Positions 8,510 to 17,834 of a stretch of DNA of 64,000 nt are shown here, piece by piece. Under the pieces are notes generated by a model. It saw only the letters and a list, made by a program, of their open reading frames with translations. It did not search any database and was not told where the DNA came from. The stretch is from an uncultured Armatimonadia bacterium (GTDB taxonomy: Bacteria; Armatimonadota; Zipacnadia; Zipacnadales; VGFC01). A program made the position numbers and the translations under genes. Position 1 is the stretch's first letter, and the number at the start of each line of letters is the position of its first letter. The stretch spans positions 3,775 through 67,774 of the forward strand of contig CAZKUN010000002.1 in assembly GCA_964555935.1 (NCBI GenBank), given 5' to 3'.

Positions 8510-9441
8510 GCGGGTTTCTTGCTTTCCTCGATGAGCCGGCGGATCTTCGCGATGCCCAGTCTGGCCACATCGACGGGGTCCTGCTCCCAGTAGCCCCTGT
8601 TGAACAGCTCCAGCGACAACGGGCCTGCGAAGCCGATCTCGCGCAGGTCTCGCAGCAACTGGACGATCGGCAGCACGCCGTCGCCCGGCATGACGCGGTC
8701 GCCGTCGCGTTGCTCAGCCCGCGCGGGGGTGGCGGGGGCATCGTTGATGTGGAAACATGCGATGGATTGCGCGGACAGACACCTCACCCCGTTAAACCCC
8801 GAGCCGCCGCCGAAGAGGTGGAACGTGTCGGCGACGAGGCAGGCCTTCGGATGGTCGGCCTCGATGGCGATGGCTGCTGCCTGGCCGAGGCGGTTGACGC
8901 CCTTGAAGAACCCGACGAACTCGACGGCAGGCGTTACGCCGTACTCCTCGCCGATCTCCAACAGCTCGCAGTACCTCTCAGCCGCCCAAAGCGTGTCGAT
9001 ATCCGGCCGATCGGGCGTGGGAACGGCCGCGATGTGCGTCGCCCCGACCTTGGCCGCGTCCTCCATCTGCCCGCGGACGCGGTCGTGCGTTACCGGACGC
9101 TCGGCGTCGTCGTCGGGCATGCAGCCCCAAAGTCCGATGATATTCGGCACCGACAGGCCCGCGTCGGCGATGCGCTTGCCGAGGGCATCCAGCGACCCGC
9201 CGGCTTTCACGTGGTCTGTCAACTCGTTACTCCACAGCTCGATGCCCGAGTACCCCGCCTGCTCGACCGCGCTGAGTTTTTCGTCGAGGGAGGCGGGCCT
9301 GAGAGTGCTCGTATTGAGCGTGATGCTCCACTTCGGCTTCCTCCGAGCGGCCTCGGCCGGCGCCGATAGCCCGAGCCCGGTAGCGGCGATCGCGGCGCCG
9401 CCAGCCGTCAGCAGTCGTCTGCGACTGAATGGTTGAGGCAT
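8506..9441 (-). CDS. Sugar phosphate isomerase/epimerase (xylose isomerase-like TIM barrel), TAT-secreted
   Basis: Twin-arginine signal MPQPFSRRRLLTAGGAAIAATGLGLSAPAEA. Start set at 9441 (the ORF track extends to 9501). AP-endonuclease-2/xylose-isomerase-like composition. The stop overlaps the rsmI start. Confidence 0.7.
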   Translation of the reverse strand: MPQPFSRRRLLTAGGAAIAATGLGLSAPAEAARRKPKWSITLNTSTLRPASLDEKLSAVEQAGYSGIELWSNELTDHVKAGGSLDALGKRIADAGLSVPNIIGLWGCMPDDDAERPVTHDRVRGQMEDAAKVGATHIAAVPTPDRPDIDTLWAAERYCELLEIGEEYGVTPAVEFVGFFKGVNRLGQAAAIAIEADHPKACLVADTFHLFGGGSGFNGVRCLSAQSIACFHINDAPATPARAEQRDGDRVMPGDGVLPIVQLLRDLREIGFAGPLSLELFNRGYWEQDPVDVARLGIAKIRRLIEESKKPA

Positions 9442-9635
9442 GTTCCAACTCCCTGGTAGGCTACTGGTCACGGCATTATTCGCCCTCGAAAGGTGTCTCA
9501 CCTATGCACGACGAAGCCCCAAGTTGCGCTGCCGCGAGTCGCTTGACACTCCCCATACCGTGCGATATACTCGCGGATACATCGCTACCAATAGCGCCTC
9601 ACAGGGCTGAAGCGTCCTGCGTTAAGGGGTCCACC

Positions 9636-10283
9636 ATGGCATCGGAGATTTACTGCCCGACGTGCGGATATCCGAACGAGAAGGTACGCGGCGCGTGCTT
9701 GATCTGTTACGACATGGTGGCAGGCGTCGCTGGTGGCACCGCATGTCCGTCGTGCGGCACAGACAACCCCAAGATCGCCAGCTTCTGCATGGCGTGTCAG
9801 GCTGCGCTCAATGAAGGCGTCATGCCTCTGCTGCGCCCGGACATCTCCGGCCTGGTCGCCGGGGCCGCCGTGGGTGGCGCGGCAGTGGTCGCCGACGCCG
9901 GTGATTACGCGGACGATCTGGACTTCGGCGTACCCGATACCGGCGGCTCCGAGATGGACTTCGACATGGGCACGGAGGCTAGCGAGGAAGACGAGTACGC
10001 GGATGAGTTCGCCGCGCCGCCTACGCCTCCGGACTCAGCGGATCTGGACGACATGATGGACTCGGACTTCGCTATGGACACCACGGGCGAGGTTGTAGCT
10101 CCCCCGGCTCCTGATTCATCTTTCGACCTGGCCAGCGATGATGACGTGGCCCCGCCGCCGCCGCCCGACTCGGTGGCGCTGGACCTTGAGGACATGGAAC
10201 CCGCGCCGGCCGACGACGCGCCGGCAGCGGACGCAGCCGACGATGACGACCTCGGCGACTGGTCGCTCGACTTTGAAGAGTAG
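9636..10283 (+). CDS. Double zinc-ribbon protein with highly acidic, Pro-rich repetitive C-terminal tail
   Basis: MASEIYCPTCGYPNE...CLICYD...CPSCGTDNP...CMACQ gives four CxxC pairs. The tail has three degenerate repeats VAPPxPDSxxDLxDD and net charge is strongly negative. Start is the ATG at 9636 (the ORF track starts at 9429). Confidence 0.6.
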   Translation: MASEIYCPTCGYPNEKVRGACLICYDMVAGVAGGTACPSCGTDNPKIASFCMACQAALNEGVMPLLRPDISGLVAGAAVGGAAVVADAGDYADDLDFGVPDTGGSEMDFDMGTEASEEDEYADEFAAPPTPPDSADLDDMMDSDFAMDTTGEVVAPPAPDSSFDLASDDDVAPPPPPDSVALDLEDMEPAPADDAPAADAADDDDLGDWSLDFEE

Positions 10284-10292
10284 CCGGCGCGC

Positions 10293-10988
10293 ATGCAAGA
10301 CATAAGCGCTCGACTTCAGGTCGTCAACGACCGTATCGCGCGAGCCGCCGAGCGCGCCCAGCGCGATCCCGGCGACGTGAAACTCGTCGCTGTCAGCAAA
10401 ACTAAGACGCTCGAAGAGACTCAGGCGGCGATTTCAGCGGGTGCCGCGGCGCTCGGCGAGAACTACGCCCAGGAGTTGCTGCGGAAGCACCAGGCTCTTG
10501 GTGAATCGGTCGAGTGGCACTTCATCGGCCACCTGCAGAGTAACAAGGCAAAGTACCTCGTGCCCTTCTGCGAGTTGATTCACGGCGTAGATAGTGAAAA
10601 ACTCGCGGGGGAGATCAGCAAGCGGGCGGCGAACCTAGGACGCAAGCAACCCGTGCTGATCGAGGTGAACCTCGCCGACGAGGCGACGAAGCATGGAGTT
10701 AGCGAGGACGGAGCGGCGGATCTGGCGAGACGAATCGCCGATCTGCCTAGTGTCGACCTGCGGGGCTTGATGATGATGGCCCCCTACTCCGACGACCCGG
10801 AGGACTCGCGTCCGTACTTTGAGAGGCTTCGGCGCCTGAGGGACGTATTGGTAGATGGAGGCCTGGCGGAGGAAAACTGCCGGGAACTATCGATGGGTAT
10901 GACCGGCGACTTCGAGGTCGCCGTTGAAGAAGGAGCGACAATCGTCCGAGTTGGAACCGCGATCTTCGGATCGCGCCAGACAACATAA
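10293..10988 (+). CDS. yggS: YggS-family pyridoxal-phosphate homeostasis protein
   Basis: 231 aa. KLVAVSKTK contains the PLP-lysine, and the alanine-racemase-like barrel segment is HFIGHLQSNK. Confidence 0.85.
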   Translation: MQDISARLQVVNDRIARAAERAQRDPGDVKLVAVSKTKTLEETQAAISAGAAALGENYAQELLRKHQALGESVEWHFIGHLQSNKAKYLVPFCELIHGVDSEKLAGEISKRAANLGRKQPVLIEVNLADEATKHGVSEDGAADLARRIADLPSVDLRGLMMMAPYSDDPEDSRPYFERLRRLRDVLVDGGLAEENCRELSMGMTGDFEVAVEEGATIVRVGTAIFGSRQTT

Positions 10989-11067
10989 TAGGCCGCCCAG
11001 CCAAACAGCAGCCAGTAATTACCGCACTACACATCACAGCACCAATCGCATCAAGGGAGGCAGCAGC

Positions 11068-11577
11068 ATGGGCGCAGTAGATTTTTGGCGTGGAGTAGTC
11101 AACCGTATTTTGCTCATCGAAGACGAACCCCACCTGACCGACGAACCCGTTGACGACTATGAGATGGATTCGGAGGAGTATGACCCTCCGACGGATCGGT
11201 TCGCGACTATCTCGCGAGCCGATGAGCCGGGCCGCATTCACGTGCTCCGGCAGGATCGCGCCGAGTTCGCGGGAATGCCCGTGGTACTTTCGCGTCCGAA
11301 GAACATGGACGACGCGAAGACGGTCGGCGAGAGGGTTCGCGACCGAGTACCGGTCATCATGAACCTCGAGGCCACGGACGACGCGATGAGCCAGCGTATC
11401 GTCGACTTCGTCGGTGGCGTCGTGTTTGCGCTGCAGGGATCCATCAGCCGGGCCGGGCGCGCGGTCTATATCTGCTCGCCGGCGGACATTCCGGTCGAGG
11501 ACCTGCGGAGCGAGCCGGACCAGGCGCGCTCGTCGCTGTTTGAGTTGGGCGAAGAGCCCAAACGCATGGCGCAGTAG
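11068..11577 (+). CDS. sepF: Cell division protein SepF
   Basis: C-terminal SepF domain (PVVLSRPKNMDDAKTVGERVRDRVPVIMNLEATDDAMSQRIVDFVGGVVFALQGSISRAG). AGGGAGG SD before the ATG at 11068. Conserved position between yggS and proC. Confidence 0.75.
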   Translation: MGAVDFWRGVVNRILLIEDEPHLTDEPVDDYEMDSEEYDPPTDRFATISRADEPGRIHVLRQDRAEFAGMPVVLSRPKNMDDAKTVGERVRDRVPVIMNLEATDDAMSQRIVDFVGGVVFALQGSISRAGRAVYICSPADIPVEDLRSEPDQARSSLFELGEEPKRMAQ

Positions 11578-11645
11578 GCTCAACCGAGGCCTGAGCGCCG
11601 GACGAGCGTTCTACTTCTAGCGTGCGGTGCCGACGCGAGCACCAC

Positions 11646-11674
11646 GCGTGGCCGTCGCGTGGCGGCCACGCTTT
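11646..11674 (+). terminator. GC-rich hairpin (9-bp stem GCGTGGCCG/CGGCCACGC, 8-nt loop) followed by TTT
   Basis: Read directly from the sequence, about 70 nt downstream of the sepF stop and upstream of the proC start. It could be a weak intrinsic terminator or attenuator. Confidence 0.35.
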
Positions 11675-11713
11675 GCCACGTCTGGACCGCAGGCAGCGAC
11701 AGGGGGCACTACC

Positions 11714-12538
11714 GTGGGTAAGCCTGAGACACTAGGAGTCATCGGGGCCGGAGCCATGGCTGAGGCCCTTCTGCGCGGGTGGTTGGATACCGGCATGTTC
11801 GCCGCCGAGAGCATCGTCGCGAGCGACCCATCGCGGGCGCGGCGCGACGTGCTCGCCGACGAGCTGAATGTTCAGGTCTCCGCCGACAACGCGGATGCCA
11901 TCGCGAGCGTCGACGCGCTCATGGTCGCGGTCAAACCTCAGGTGCTGGAGGCGGTCTGCGCGCCCATCGCGGCGGGGGTGGCGGATGGGACGCTCATCAT
12001 CTCCATCGCGGCGGGCGTGACCTTGGAGAAGCTGGAATCGATCTTCGGCGCGGGCCGACCGATTGTCCGCGTCATGCCGAACATCCTGCACAGCGTGCAA
12101 GATGGCGTGGCGGCGCTCTGTTCCAACGATGCTGTGACCGACGAGCTGATGGCCTTCGCTCTGGAGCTATTCCGCAGCATTGGCGTGGCGGAGGAGGTCG
12201 AAGAACGCCTGATGGATGCGGTGACAGGGCTGTCGGGGAGCGGGCCGGCGTTCGTGTTCGTGTTCCTGGAGGCGCTCTCAGACGGCGCGGTGGCGGCCGG
12301 ACTGCCTCGCGCGCTGGCCACGCCGTTCGCCGCGCAGACGGTACTCGGCGCAGCGAAATGGGTGCTGGCGGGCAAGCGCCCGGGCGAACTGAAGGAGCTG
12401 GTCACCTCTCCGGGCGGCACGACCATCGAGGGGCTGCGGGTGGCAGAGGCCAACGGTCTGAGGATTGCCACGATGGAGGCGGTCCTCGCCGCTGCCAGGA
12501 AATCGGCCGAACTCGGCAAGCCCAAGGAAGAGAGTTAG
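11714..12538 (+). CDS. proC: Pyrroline-5-carboxylate reductase
   Basis: A GTG start at 11714 gives 274 aa beginning VGKPETLGVIGAGAMAEAL (Rossmann GxGxxA). The ProC C-terminal dimerisation region is LSGSGPAFVF...GGTTIEGL. Confidence 0.8.
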   Translation: MGKPETLGVIGAGAMAEALLRGWLDTGMFAAESIVASDPSRARRDVLADELNVQVSADNADAIASVDALMVAVKPQVLEAVCAPIAAGVADGTLIISIAAGVTLEKLESIFGAGRPIVRVMPNILHSVQDGVAALCSNDAVTDELMAFALELFRSIGVAEEVEERLMDAVTGLSGSGPAFVFVFLEALSDGAVAAGLPRALATPFAAQTVLGAAKWVLAGKRPGELKELVTSPGGTTIEGLRVAEANGLRIATMEAVLAAARKSAELGKPKEES

Positions 12539-12542
12539 CGCG

Positions 12543-12821
12543 GTGTTAGGCACAGGTCTCATCAAGGCAGCCATCTACTGGGCGCTCAACACGTACCAGA
12601 TCATTCTCCTGGTGCGGTGCATTCTGAGCTTCTTCCGGACGCCATCGTACACTTCGCCCTGGCTGCACGTCTGGAACTTCTTCTACGCGCTGACGGAGCC
12701 GGTGTTGAAGCCGATCAGGAATCTGCTCGGCCGTCACATGGGCGGTCGGATCGATTTCTCCCCATTGATCCTCATGTTGTTGCTTTCACTGGCCGCAAGA
12801 CTTATCATGAGACTGCTGTAG
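12543..12821 (+). CDS. yggT: YggT family membrane protein
   Basis: 92 aa from the GTG that immediately follows the proC stop. Two TM helices and YggT-like conservation (ILLVRCILSFF...LTEPVLKPIR). Confidence 0.65.
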   Translation: MLGTGLIKAAIYWALNTYQIILLVRCILSFFRTPSYTSPWLHVWNFFYALTEPVLKPIRNLLGRHMGGRIDFSPLILMLLLSLAARLIMRLL

Positions 12822-12852
12822 CACCACCCATAGCACCCCGAGGTCTTACGCC

Positions 12853-14259
12853 GTGGAGGAACCCCGCCCCGAAAGGCCGCGCCCGCCGGCGGCTCGCATG
12901 GTCCTGATTGCGGCCCTGTGTGGCGCCACGATAGGGTTGTTGCGCGTGCCCGAGGGCAAGGAGCCCAGTGCATCTCCGGACCTCGTGGCGCGCTCCGCGC
13001 CCACGGCGGCGACGGACGTGATGTATCGGCTGGCTGTGTGGATCCCCGAAGCATCCCTGCGCGCGGGCTACGGTGACGTGCTTCGACCGACTCCCCGCGA
13101 AGAAAGCGCCGTCGCGCGCTACGAAGTCCTCGCGCTGTCAACCGACTTTGCCGATCCCGTCGCCAGCCACCGACTCGGGATCATCTACGGAGAGCGCGGG
13201 TACCCCGAGCAGGCGCAGGCGATGTTCGCGCGGGCGTTGGCGTCGGGCGGCGTCGATACGGATGTCTGCCTCGCGCTTTCGCTCGTCTACTCGGAAGAGC
13301 GGATCACTCCGGAGGACGCGCGCCGAGTTGCGCCGCTCCTGGCGCGGCAACCGAGATGGTGGGCGCTGAAGACAGGCGCGCGACTGGCGGACCGCATCGG
13401 CACCACTCCCACGGCCAAGTACCTCCACGCCGAAGCGCACCGCGAATTGACGCAGTTTGCCCTCGCCTGCGGGGCGGTCGCCATGGTCTGCGGCGCGCTA
13501 CTCGTGGTCGGGGTAGGGTCGCTCCTCTTCATGGTCCTGAAGTACCTCTTCACGCGCGAGCGACCGACGGCCCCTTGGCCGGTTCGCATGCCGCTATTCA
13601 GTTGGCTCGACGTGCTGGACGTCAGCGCGCTCGTGATGTTCTGCGGCGCGCTGGGGCTGGCCGCGCGTGGCGCGCTCGGGCTCGGCGCCGCCCAGACCTG
13701 GGCCGGCGCATCGCTTCGAGTTGCGCATGAGGCTCTCATAGTGGTGCCCGCGCTAGGTCTGATCATCCACCGCTTGCGCGGCGGGCGATCCGGCCTTCTG
13801 CTGACGCTGGGGGTCAGTTTCCAGGACTTCGGTCGTCAGGTCGGGCGAGGTGTCATCGGAGCGGGCCTGGCACTCGCTGGGGTGTTCGTCGCGCTCAGTC
13901 TTACCATGCCATCCGCGTTCGTGGGGTTCGCAACAGTCGTCAAAGTGACCGTCCCGAACATCCTCGATCTCCTGCTCGTGCTGCTAATCGCGCCGATCGC
14001 GGAGGAGCTGATCTACCGGGGTTACGTGCTTCAGGCGCTGTGGCAGAAGCTGCGGCCATTGCCCGCCGCCGCGCTGAGCGCGCTGCTCTTCGCCGGATCG
14101 CATCTGGTGATCACGCCGGTTGGGTTTGGCGCGATCTTTGCGGTGGGGTTCGTGAGCGCGTATATATTCCGCTGGTCTCGTTCCCTGGTGGCCTGTGTTG
14201 TTCTGCACATAAGCTACAACGCAGTTGTCCTCGCCACAGAGCTGCTGGCGAGGTGGTGA
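12853..14259 (+). CDS. CPBP-family (CAAX) intramembrane metalloprotease with N-terminal TPR-like extension
   Basis: C-terminal motifs EELIYRGY, FAGSH and a terminal H in HISYN match CPBP motifs 1-3, with multiple TM helices. Start is uncertain (GTG at 12853 or ATG at 12898). Confidence 0.7.
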   Translation: MEEPRPERPRPPAARMVLIAALCGATIGLLRVPEGKEPSASPDLVARSAPTAATDVMYRLAVWIPEASLRAGYGDVLRPTPREESAVARYEVLALSTDFADPVASHRLGIIYGERGYPEQAQAMFARALASGGVDTDVCLALSLVYSEERITPEDARRVAPLLARQPRWWALKTGARLADRIGTTPTAKYLHAEAHRELTQFALACGAVAMVCGALLVVGVGSLLFMVLKYLFTRERPTAPWPVRMPLFSWLDVLDVSALVMFCGALGLAARGALGLGAAQTWAGASLRVAHEALIVVPALGLIIHRLRGGRSGLLLTLGVSFQDFGRQVGRGVIGAGLALAGVFVALSLTMPSAFVGFATVVKVTVPNILDLLLVLLIAPIAEELIYRGYVLQALWQKLRPLPAAALSALLFAGSHLVITPVGFGAIFAVGFVSAYIFRWSRSLVACVVLHISYNAVVLATELLARW

Positions 14260-14266
14260 CCCGCCG

Positions 14267-14527
14267 ATGAGCGCGACGCTGAAGATCCGAGTCATCCCGC
14301 GGGCGAGGAGGAACGACATCACCGGATGGCGCGACGAGGCGTTGGTGGTGAGGCTGACCGCGCCCCCACTCGACGGAGCGGCGAACAAGCTGCTGAGGCG
14401 CTTCCTGGCGAAGCGACTCGGCGTGAGGCCGGGCGACGTCGAGATCATAAAGGGCGAGAGATCGCGCAACAAAGTGCTTCGCATCGCCGGCATCGAGCAA
14501 AACGACGTGCAGCAACTCCTCGAGTAA
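14267..14527 (+). CDS. yggU: YggU/DUF167 family protein
   Basis: 86 aa. LKIRVIPRARRNDITGW...RLTAPPLDGAANKLLRRFLAKRLGV...IIKGERSRNKVLRI matches the UPF0235 pattern. Confidence 0.7.
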   Translation: MSATLKIRVIPRARRNDITGWRDEALVVRLTAPPLDGAANKLLRRFLAKRLGVRPGDVEIIKGERSRNKVLRIAGIEQNDVQQLLE

Positions 14528-14558
14528 CTCCCAGATCAGCCGGACAGCCGCGCGTCGC

Positions 14559-14924
14559 CTATCGCTCCACCTGGAATATCTCTTCCCTCGGGACGCCGGC
14601 GACCAGCTCGCGCCAGCCGCCTCCCGCCAGGAACGCGTGCGAATCGCACGGACAACGCGCGTCGTGTGGGTTCGGACAGCAGCTTATCAGCTCGCCAATC
14701 TGCTGAAGCAGGGCCTCATCCGCTCGATGTCCTTCATGGCTCCACGACTCCGAGTTGAGCGCGCCCCGCCGCGACTCCTCGTACGCGACCACCCCGCGCA
14801 GCCCGCATCCCTCACACCCCACGATCTGAAGCCATATGTCATCCGACCGCGCGTCGCTCGGCAGCTCGATCCCGGATTCAATCTCCAACTGGTCCGTCCC
14901 GCAATCCGGACAGATGAAGGCCAT
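14559..14924 (-). CDS. Cys-rich small zinc-ribbon-like hypothetical protein
   Basis: 121 aa with MAFICPDCG...CEGCG...CCPNPHDARCPCD. GGGAGGG SD upstream. It lies 23 nt downstream of the DUF1559 gene. Confidence 0.5.
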   Translation of the reverse strand: MAFICPDCGTDQLEIESGIELPSDARSDDIWLQIVGCEGCGLRGVVAYEESRRGALNSESWSHEGHRADEALLQQIGELISCCPNPHDARCPCDSHAFLAGGGWRELVAGVPREEIFQVER

Positions 14925-14946
14925 CTCGCCCTCCCTCGCCCCGCAC

Positions 14947-15588
14947 TCAGAAGAGCGGCGCGCTCCACGCATCCCGGTACTGATCCCGGTTCGCCGTCTT
15001 CGCATGGCCATCGGCATACAGCACGTTCCACCGCTTCTTCGATTCCTTGTTGCTATGCCCGTGCCATTTGCCGTGCCCATCGAAGAGCACGCATACTCGC
15101 GCCGGGTCGGGCATGTTGCCGATCATGATCCACCGCATGCCGATCTCCGTGCGGTAGAAGTAGCTTCCGCCGAACTTCTTGAAGCAACTCGGCCTCGCGT
15201 CCAGCGGAAACGGCGCGTCCTCAAGCTCTGTGAATCCATGGTCATCCGGGCAGGCCCACAGGTCCCGGTTGCGCACGTACGGATCCATGGCATCCTCAAG
15301 CCGGGGCAGGTACGGCAGCCACCCCTGCCACGTCGGGCTGCCGGCCCACTGCTCGGGCACTTCTTCGTCCGCCGCATCCTTCGCCATCGGATACAGCTCA
15401 TCGTAGTCGGAGGCGTACATCTCGAACGAAAGCCCAAGCTGCTTCAGGTTTGAGAGGCACTTCGTCGCTCGCGCTTTCGCCCTCGCCCGAGAGAAAACGG
15501 GGAAGATCATCCCTGCCAGGATCGCGATGATCGCGATCACCACCAGCAGCTCTATCAGAGTGAAGCCTTCTCGCGTTGTCTTCCTCAC
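14947..15588 (-). CDS. Prepilin-type N-terminal cleavage/methylation domain protein, DUF1559-like (H-X9-DG)
   Basis: [23 protein letters not shown] class-III signal, an [13 protein letters not shown] segment and a C-terminal NVLYADGH motif. GTG start. Confidence 0.85.
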   Translation of the reverse strand: MRKTTREGFTLIELLVVIAIIAILAGMIFPVFSRARAKARATKCLSNLKQLGLSFEMYASDYDELYPMAKDAADEEVPEQWAGSPTWQGWLPYLPRLEDAMDPYVRNRDLWACPDDHGFTELEDAPFPLDARPSCFKKFGGSYFYRTEIGMRWIMIGNMPDPARVCVLFDGHGKWHGHSNKESKKRWNVLYADGHAKTANRDQYRDAWSAPLF

Positions 15589-15764
15589 TGGTTACCCATC
15601 CCCGCGCTGTCGCGCGTCAGGCGCTATATACAGTAACGGTCCAGCCCGTAAGTTTCCTCACTCAAACCGCGATGCAATGAACTCGCCATGTTAGGGGGCT
15701 ACCCCAATCAGGTACAAGGAGACTGTCAGACTGGACGATGGAATCCCTCGGGAGGTGGCGGGAA

Positions 15765-16664
15765 GTGAGATTGACCAAGTGGATGGGAGTTGCTCTTACG
15801 ATAGTGGTTTTCGCCGCACTGACCTCAGGCTGCGGCTCGGGCGGAGCTGTCCAAGTGCCTGCCGGTGGCGACGCCGGCGCCTTCGCGAAGATCGTCGAAT
15901 TCCGTGGTGATGGCGGCGGCTCAGTCAAGCCATGGCCGGCTTTCATTCCGGGCGGGCCGACGGATCAGCCGATGTCTAAGGCCCCAAAGCTAGGTCTCGA
16001 CCAAGGCTTCTTCACGCGCGCCGTCCCGCGACGTCACATCAGTTGGTACCGCATCGGGCAACTTGCGGGCGCCGAGACAGTCGTGGTCCTTCTCCAGCCG
16101 ACAGCCGTTGAAGACGCGGACCTGTACGTGTTGGCGGGCGATGGCGGCACCTACCACAGCGGCGGCGCGGGGTTGCTGGGCGCGAGCACGCGCGCGCCGA
16201 CCGCTACGGGCATAGAACCAGGGATGTTCGGCGCAGGCCTCGTGCCTGACTGGGTCGCCTTCGACGCGGGTCCCACCAACAAGTTTCCAGCCGCCCAGGT
16301 CGCCGTCTACGGGGTCGATGAGGCACCGAAGAAGAAGAGCTACCGCGTTGAGGCCTGTGGCGCGTGGGCTCTCACGGTTAATGGCCCCGCCGCCGGCAGT
16401 ACTGCGCTCAAGCAATACGCCAGCAACTTCTGGCGCTTCGACGCGACCTCCGGCACCCAATACACCGTCAACCTGGCGGTCACCGCGGGCGATCCGGACA
16501 TCTACGTCTACGAGGACGTAGCCCACAAGTACGTCGACGCGAACGCCGCCGTCGGCGGCGGCACCGTGGTTTTCACAGCGGCCAGCACGGGACGCCACTA
16601 CATGCGCGTCCACGGCTACTCGGGAACAGACAGCAACTACTCCGTCAACGTCACATCGCCCTAA
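15765..16664 (+). CDS. Lipoprotein with two pre-peptidase-C-terminal (PPC)-like beta-sandwich repeats, paralog A
   Basis: Lipobox LTSGC. A GGAGGTGG SD lies 6 nt before the GTG at 15765 (the ORF track starts at the ATG 15738). PPC-like signatures EDADLYVL and GDPDIYVY. About 55% identical to the downstream paralog. Confidence 0.65.
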   Translation: MRLTKWMGVALTIVVFAALTSGCGSGGAVQVPAGGDAGAFAKIVEFRGDGGGSVKPWPAFIPGGPTDQPMSKAPKLGLDQGFFTRAVPRRHISWYRIGQLAGAETVVVLLQPTAVEDADLYVLAGDGGTYHSGGAGLLGASTRAPTATGIEPGMFGAGLVPDWVAFDAGPTNKFPAAQVAVYGVDEAPKKKSYRVEACGAWALTVNGPAAGSTALKQYASNFWRFDATSGTQYTVNLAVTAGDPDIYVYEDVAHKYVDANAAVGGGTVVFTAASTGRHYMRVHGYSGTDSNYSVNVTSP

Positions 16665-16687
16665 CGTGCCAGCCAGTGTCTAAGTCA

Positions 16688-16718
16688 GCCCGGCCTCGCC
16701 ACCTCGGCGAGGCCGGGC
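16688..16718 (+). terminator. Intrinsic terminator-like hairpin GCCCGGCCTCGCC-ACCTC-GGCGAGGCCGGGC
   Basis: Perfect 13-bp stem read from the sequence, followed by CTTGTTCTG, 24 nt after the paralog A stop. Confidence 0.6.
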
Positions 16719-16817
16719 CTTGTTCTGTCGCCACTTCGGAGGTCGCCGCCGGTCCCCTCTCGAAACGAGCACTATCGATCCCGCTGTCCATAGCTCGAAG
16801 GAATCGGGGAGGACCGA

Positions 16818-17696
16818 ATGAGATCTGTGAATCGTCTTCTATGCGTGGCATTCACTGTCGTGCTACTAGCGGCCATCACCGGGTGCGGCTCCAATGACGG
16901 GGCACCCATCCAAGGCGGGGGCGACGGCATATTCGTCGGCAAGATTATAGAGTACCGTGGCGATGGGGGAGGCAGTGCGAAGCCATGGCCCGCGCTGATT
17001 CCCGGCGCGCCAACCGATCAGACCGCGAGCATGGCGCCCAAGCTCAAGCTGGACCAGTTCCCACTCGGGCGGGCCGTGCCCAGGCGGCACATCAGTTGGT
17101 TCCGCGTCGGCCAGTTGACGGGAGCCACAACCGTGGTCGTCATCCTCCAACCAATGGAGGATGAGGACGCGGACCTATACGTCCTCCATGGCAGCGGCGA
17201 CACCTACGCAAGCGGCGCTTCCCTTCTCGGCAGCAGCGTCCGTCTCCCCACAGACCCAGGTGAGCTAGGCCCTGGGGGCTACGTCCCCGATTGGGTGGCA
17301 TTCGATGCCGGACCCACGTCGAAGTACCCGGCCGCCCAGGTTGCCGTCTACGGCGTGAACGAATCCCCAAAGAAGAAGCGCTACCGGATCCAGGCCTGTC
17401 AGACAGCGAACCTCCCTATCAACGGTGTCGGCGGATCGGGCACCCTGAGCCAGATCACCGACCACTTCTACTACCTCGACGCCGTGAGCGGCACGCAGTA
17501 CACCGTCACCCTGACAGCCTCGGTGGGCGACCCTGACATCTACGTGTACGGGGAGGAAGCCACCGACTTCATCAATTCGAGCTTACTCCCAGGGGGCGGA
17601 TCGGTCACCTTCACCGCGACCGCGACCGGCAGGCACTACGTCCGGGTCCAAGCGGCCACAAGCTGTGTCTACACGGTGAGCGCCACGTCCCCCTAA
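16818..17696 (+). CDS. Lipoprotein with two PPC-like repeats, paralog B
   Basis: Lipobox AITGC with a GGGGAGGA SD. Same architecture as paralog A (EDADLYVL, GDPDIYVY). Confidence 0.7.
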   Translation: MRSVNRLLCVAFTVVLLAAITGCGSNDGAPIQGGGDGIFVGKIIEYRGDGGGSAKPWPALIPGAPTDQTASMAPKLKLDQFPLGRAVPRRHISWFRVGQLTGATTVVVILQPMEDEDADLYVLHGSGDTYASGASLLGSSVRLPTDPGELGPGGYVPDWVAFDAGPTSKYPAAQVAVYGVNESPKKKRYRIQACQTANLPINGVGGSGTLSQITDHFYYLDAVSGTQYTVTLTASVGDPDIYVYGEEATDFINSSLLPGGGSVTFTATATGRHYVRVQAATSCVYTVSATSP

Positions 17697-17717
17697 AGAC
17701 CGGGTGCCCGAACACCG

Positions 17718-17744
17718 CCAGGCTCCGCCGTGGGCGGAGCCTGG
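17718..17744 (+). terminator. Intrinsic terminator-like hairpin CCAGGCTCCGCC-GTG-GGCGGAGCCTGG
   Basis: 12-bp stem followed by CTTCGTTCTG. Its 3' flank is near-identical to that of the first terminator, consistent with tandem duplication of gene plus terminator. Confidence 0.6.
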
Positions 17745-17834
17745 CTTCGTTCTGCCCTCCGAGCAAAGGTCTCCCCCGCTCCCCGCGCGAACCCTCGCGA
17801 GCGCGTGCATTTCCCGCAGCAGGAGGCCCTCACG

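Noticed and set aside
17730-17834. Upstream extension of the TAT Gfo/Idh/MocA ORF
   Set aside because: It overlaps the terminator hairpin. The AGGAGG SD and twin-arginine signal place the true start at 17835.
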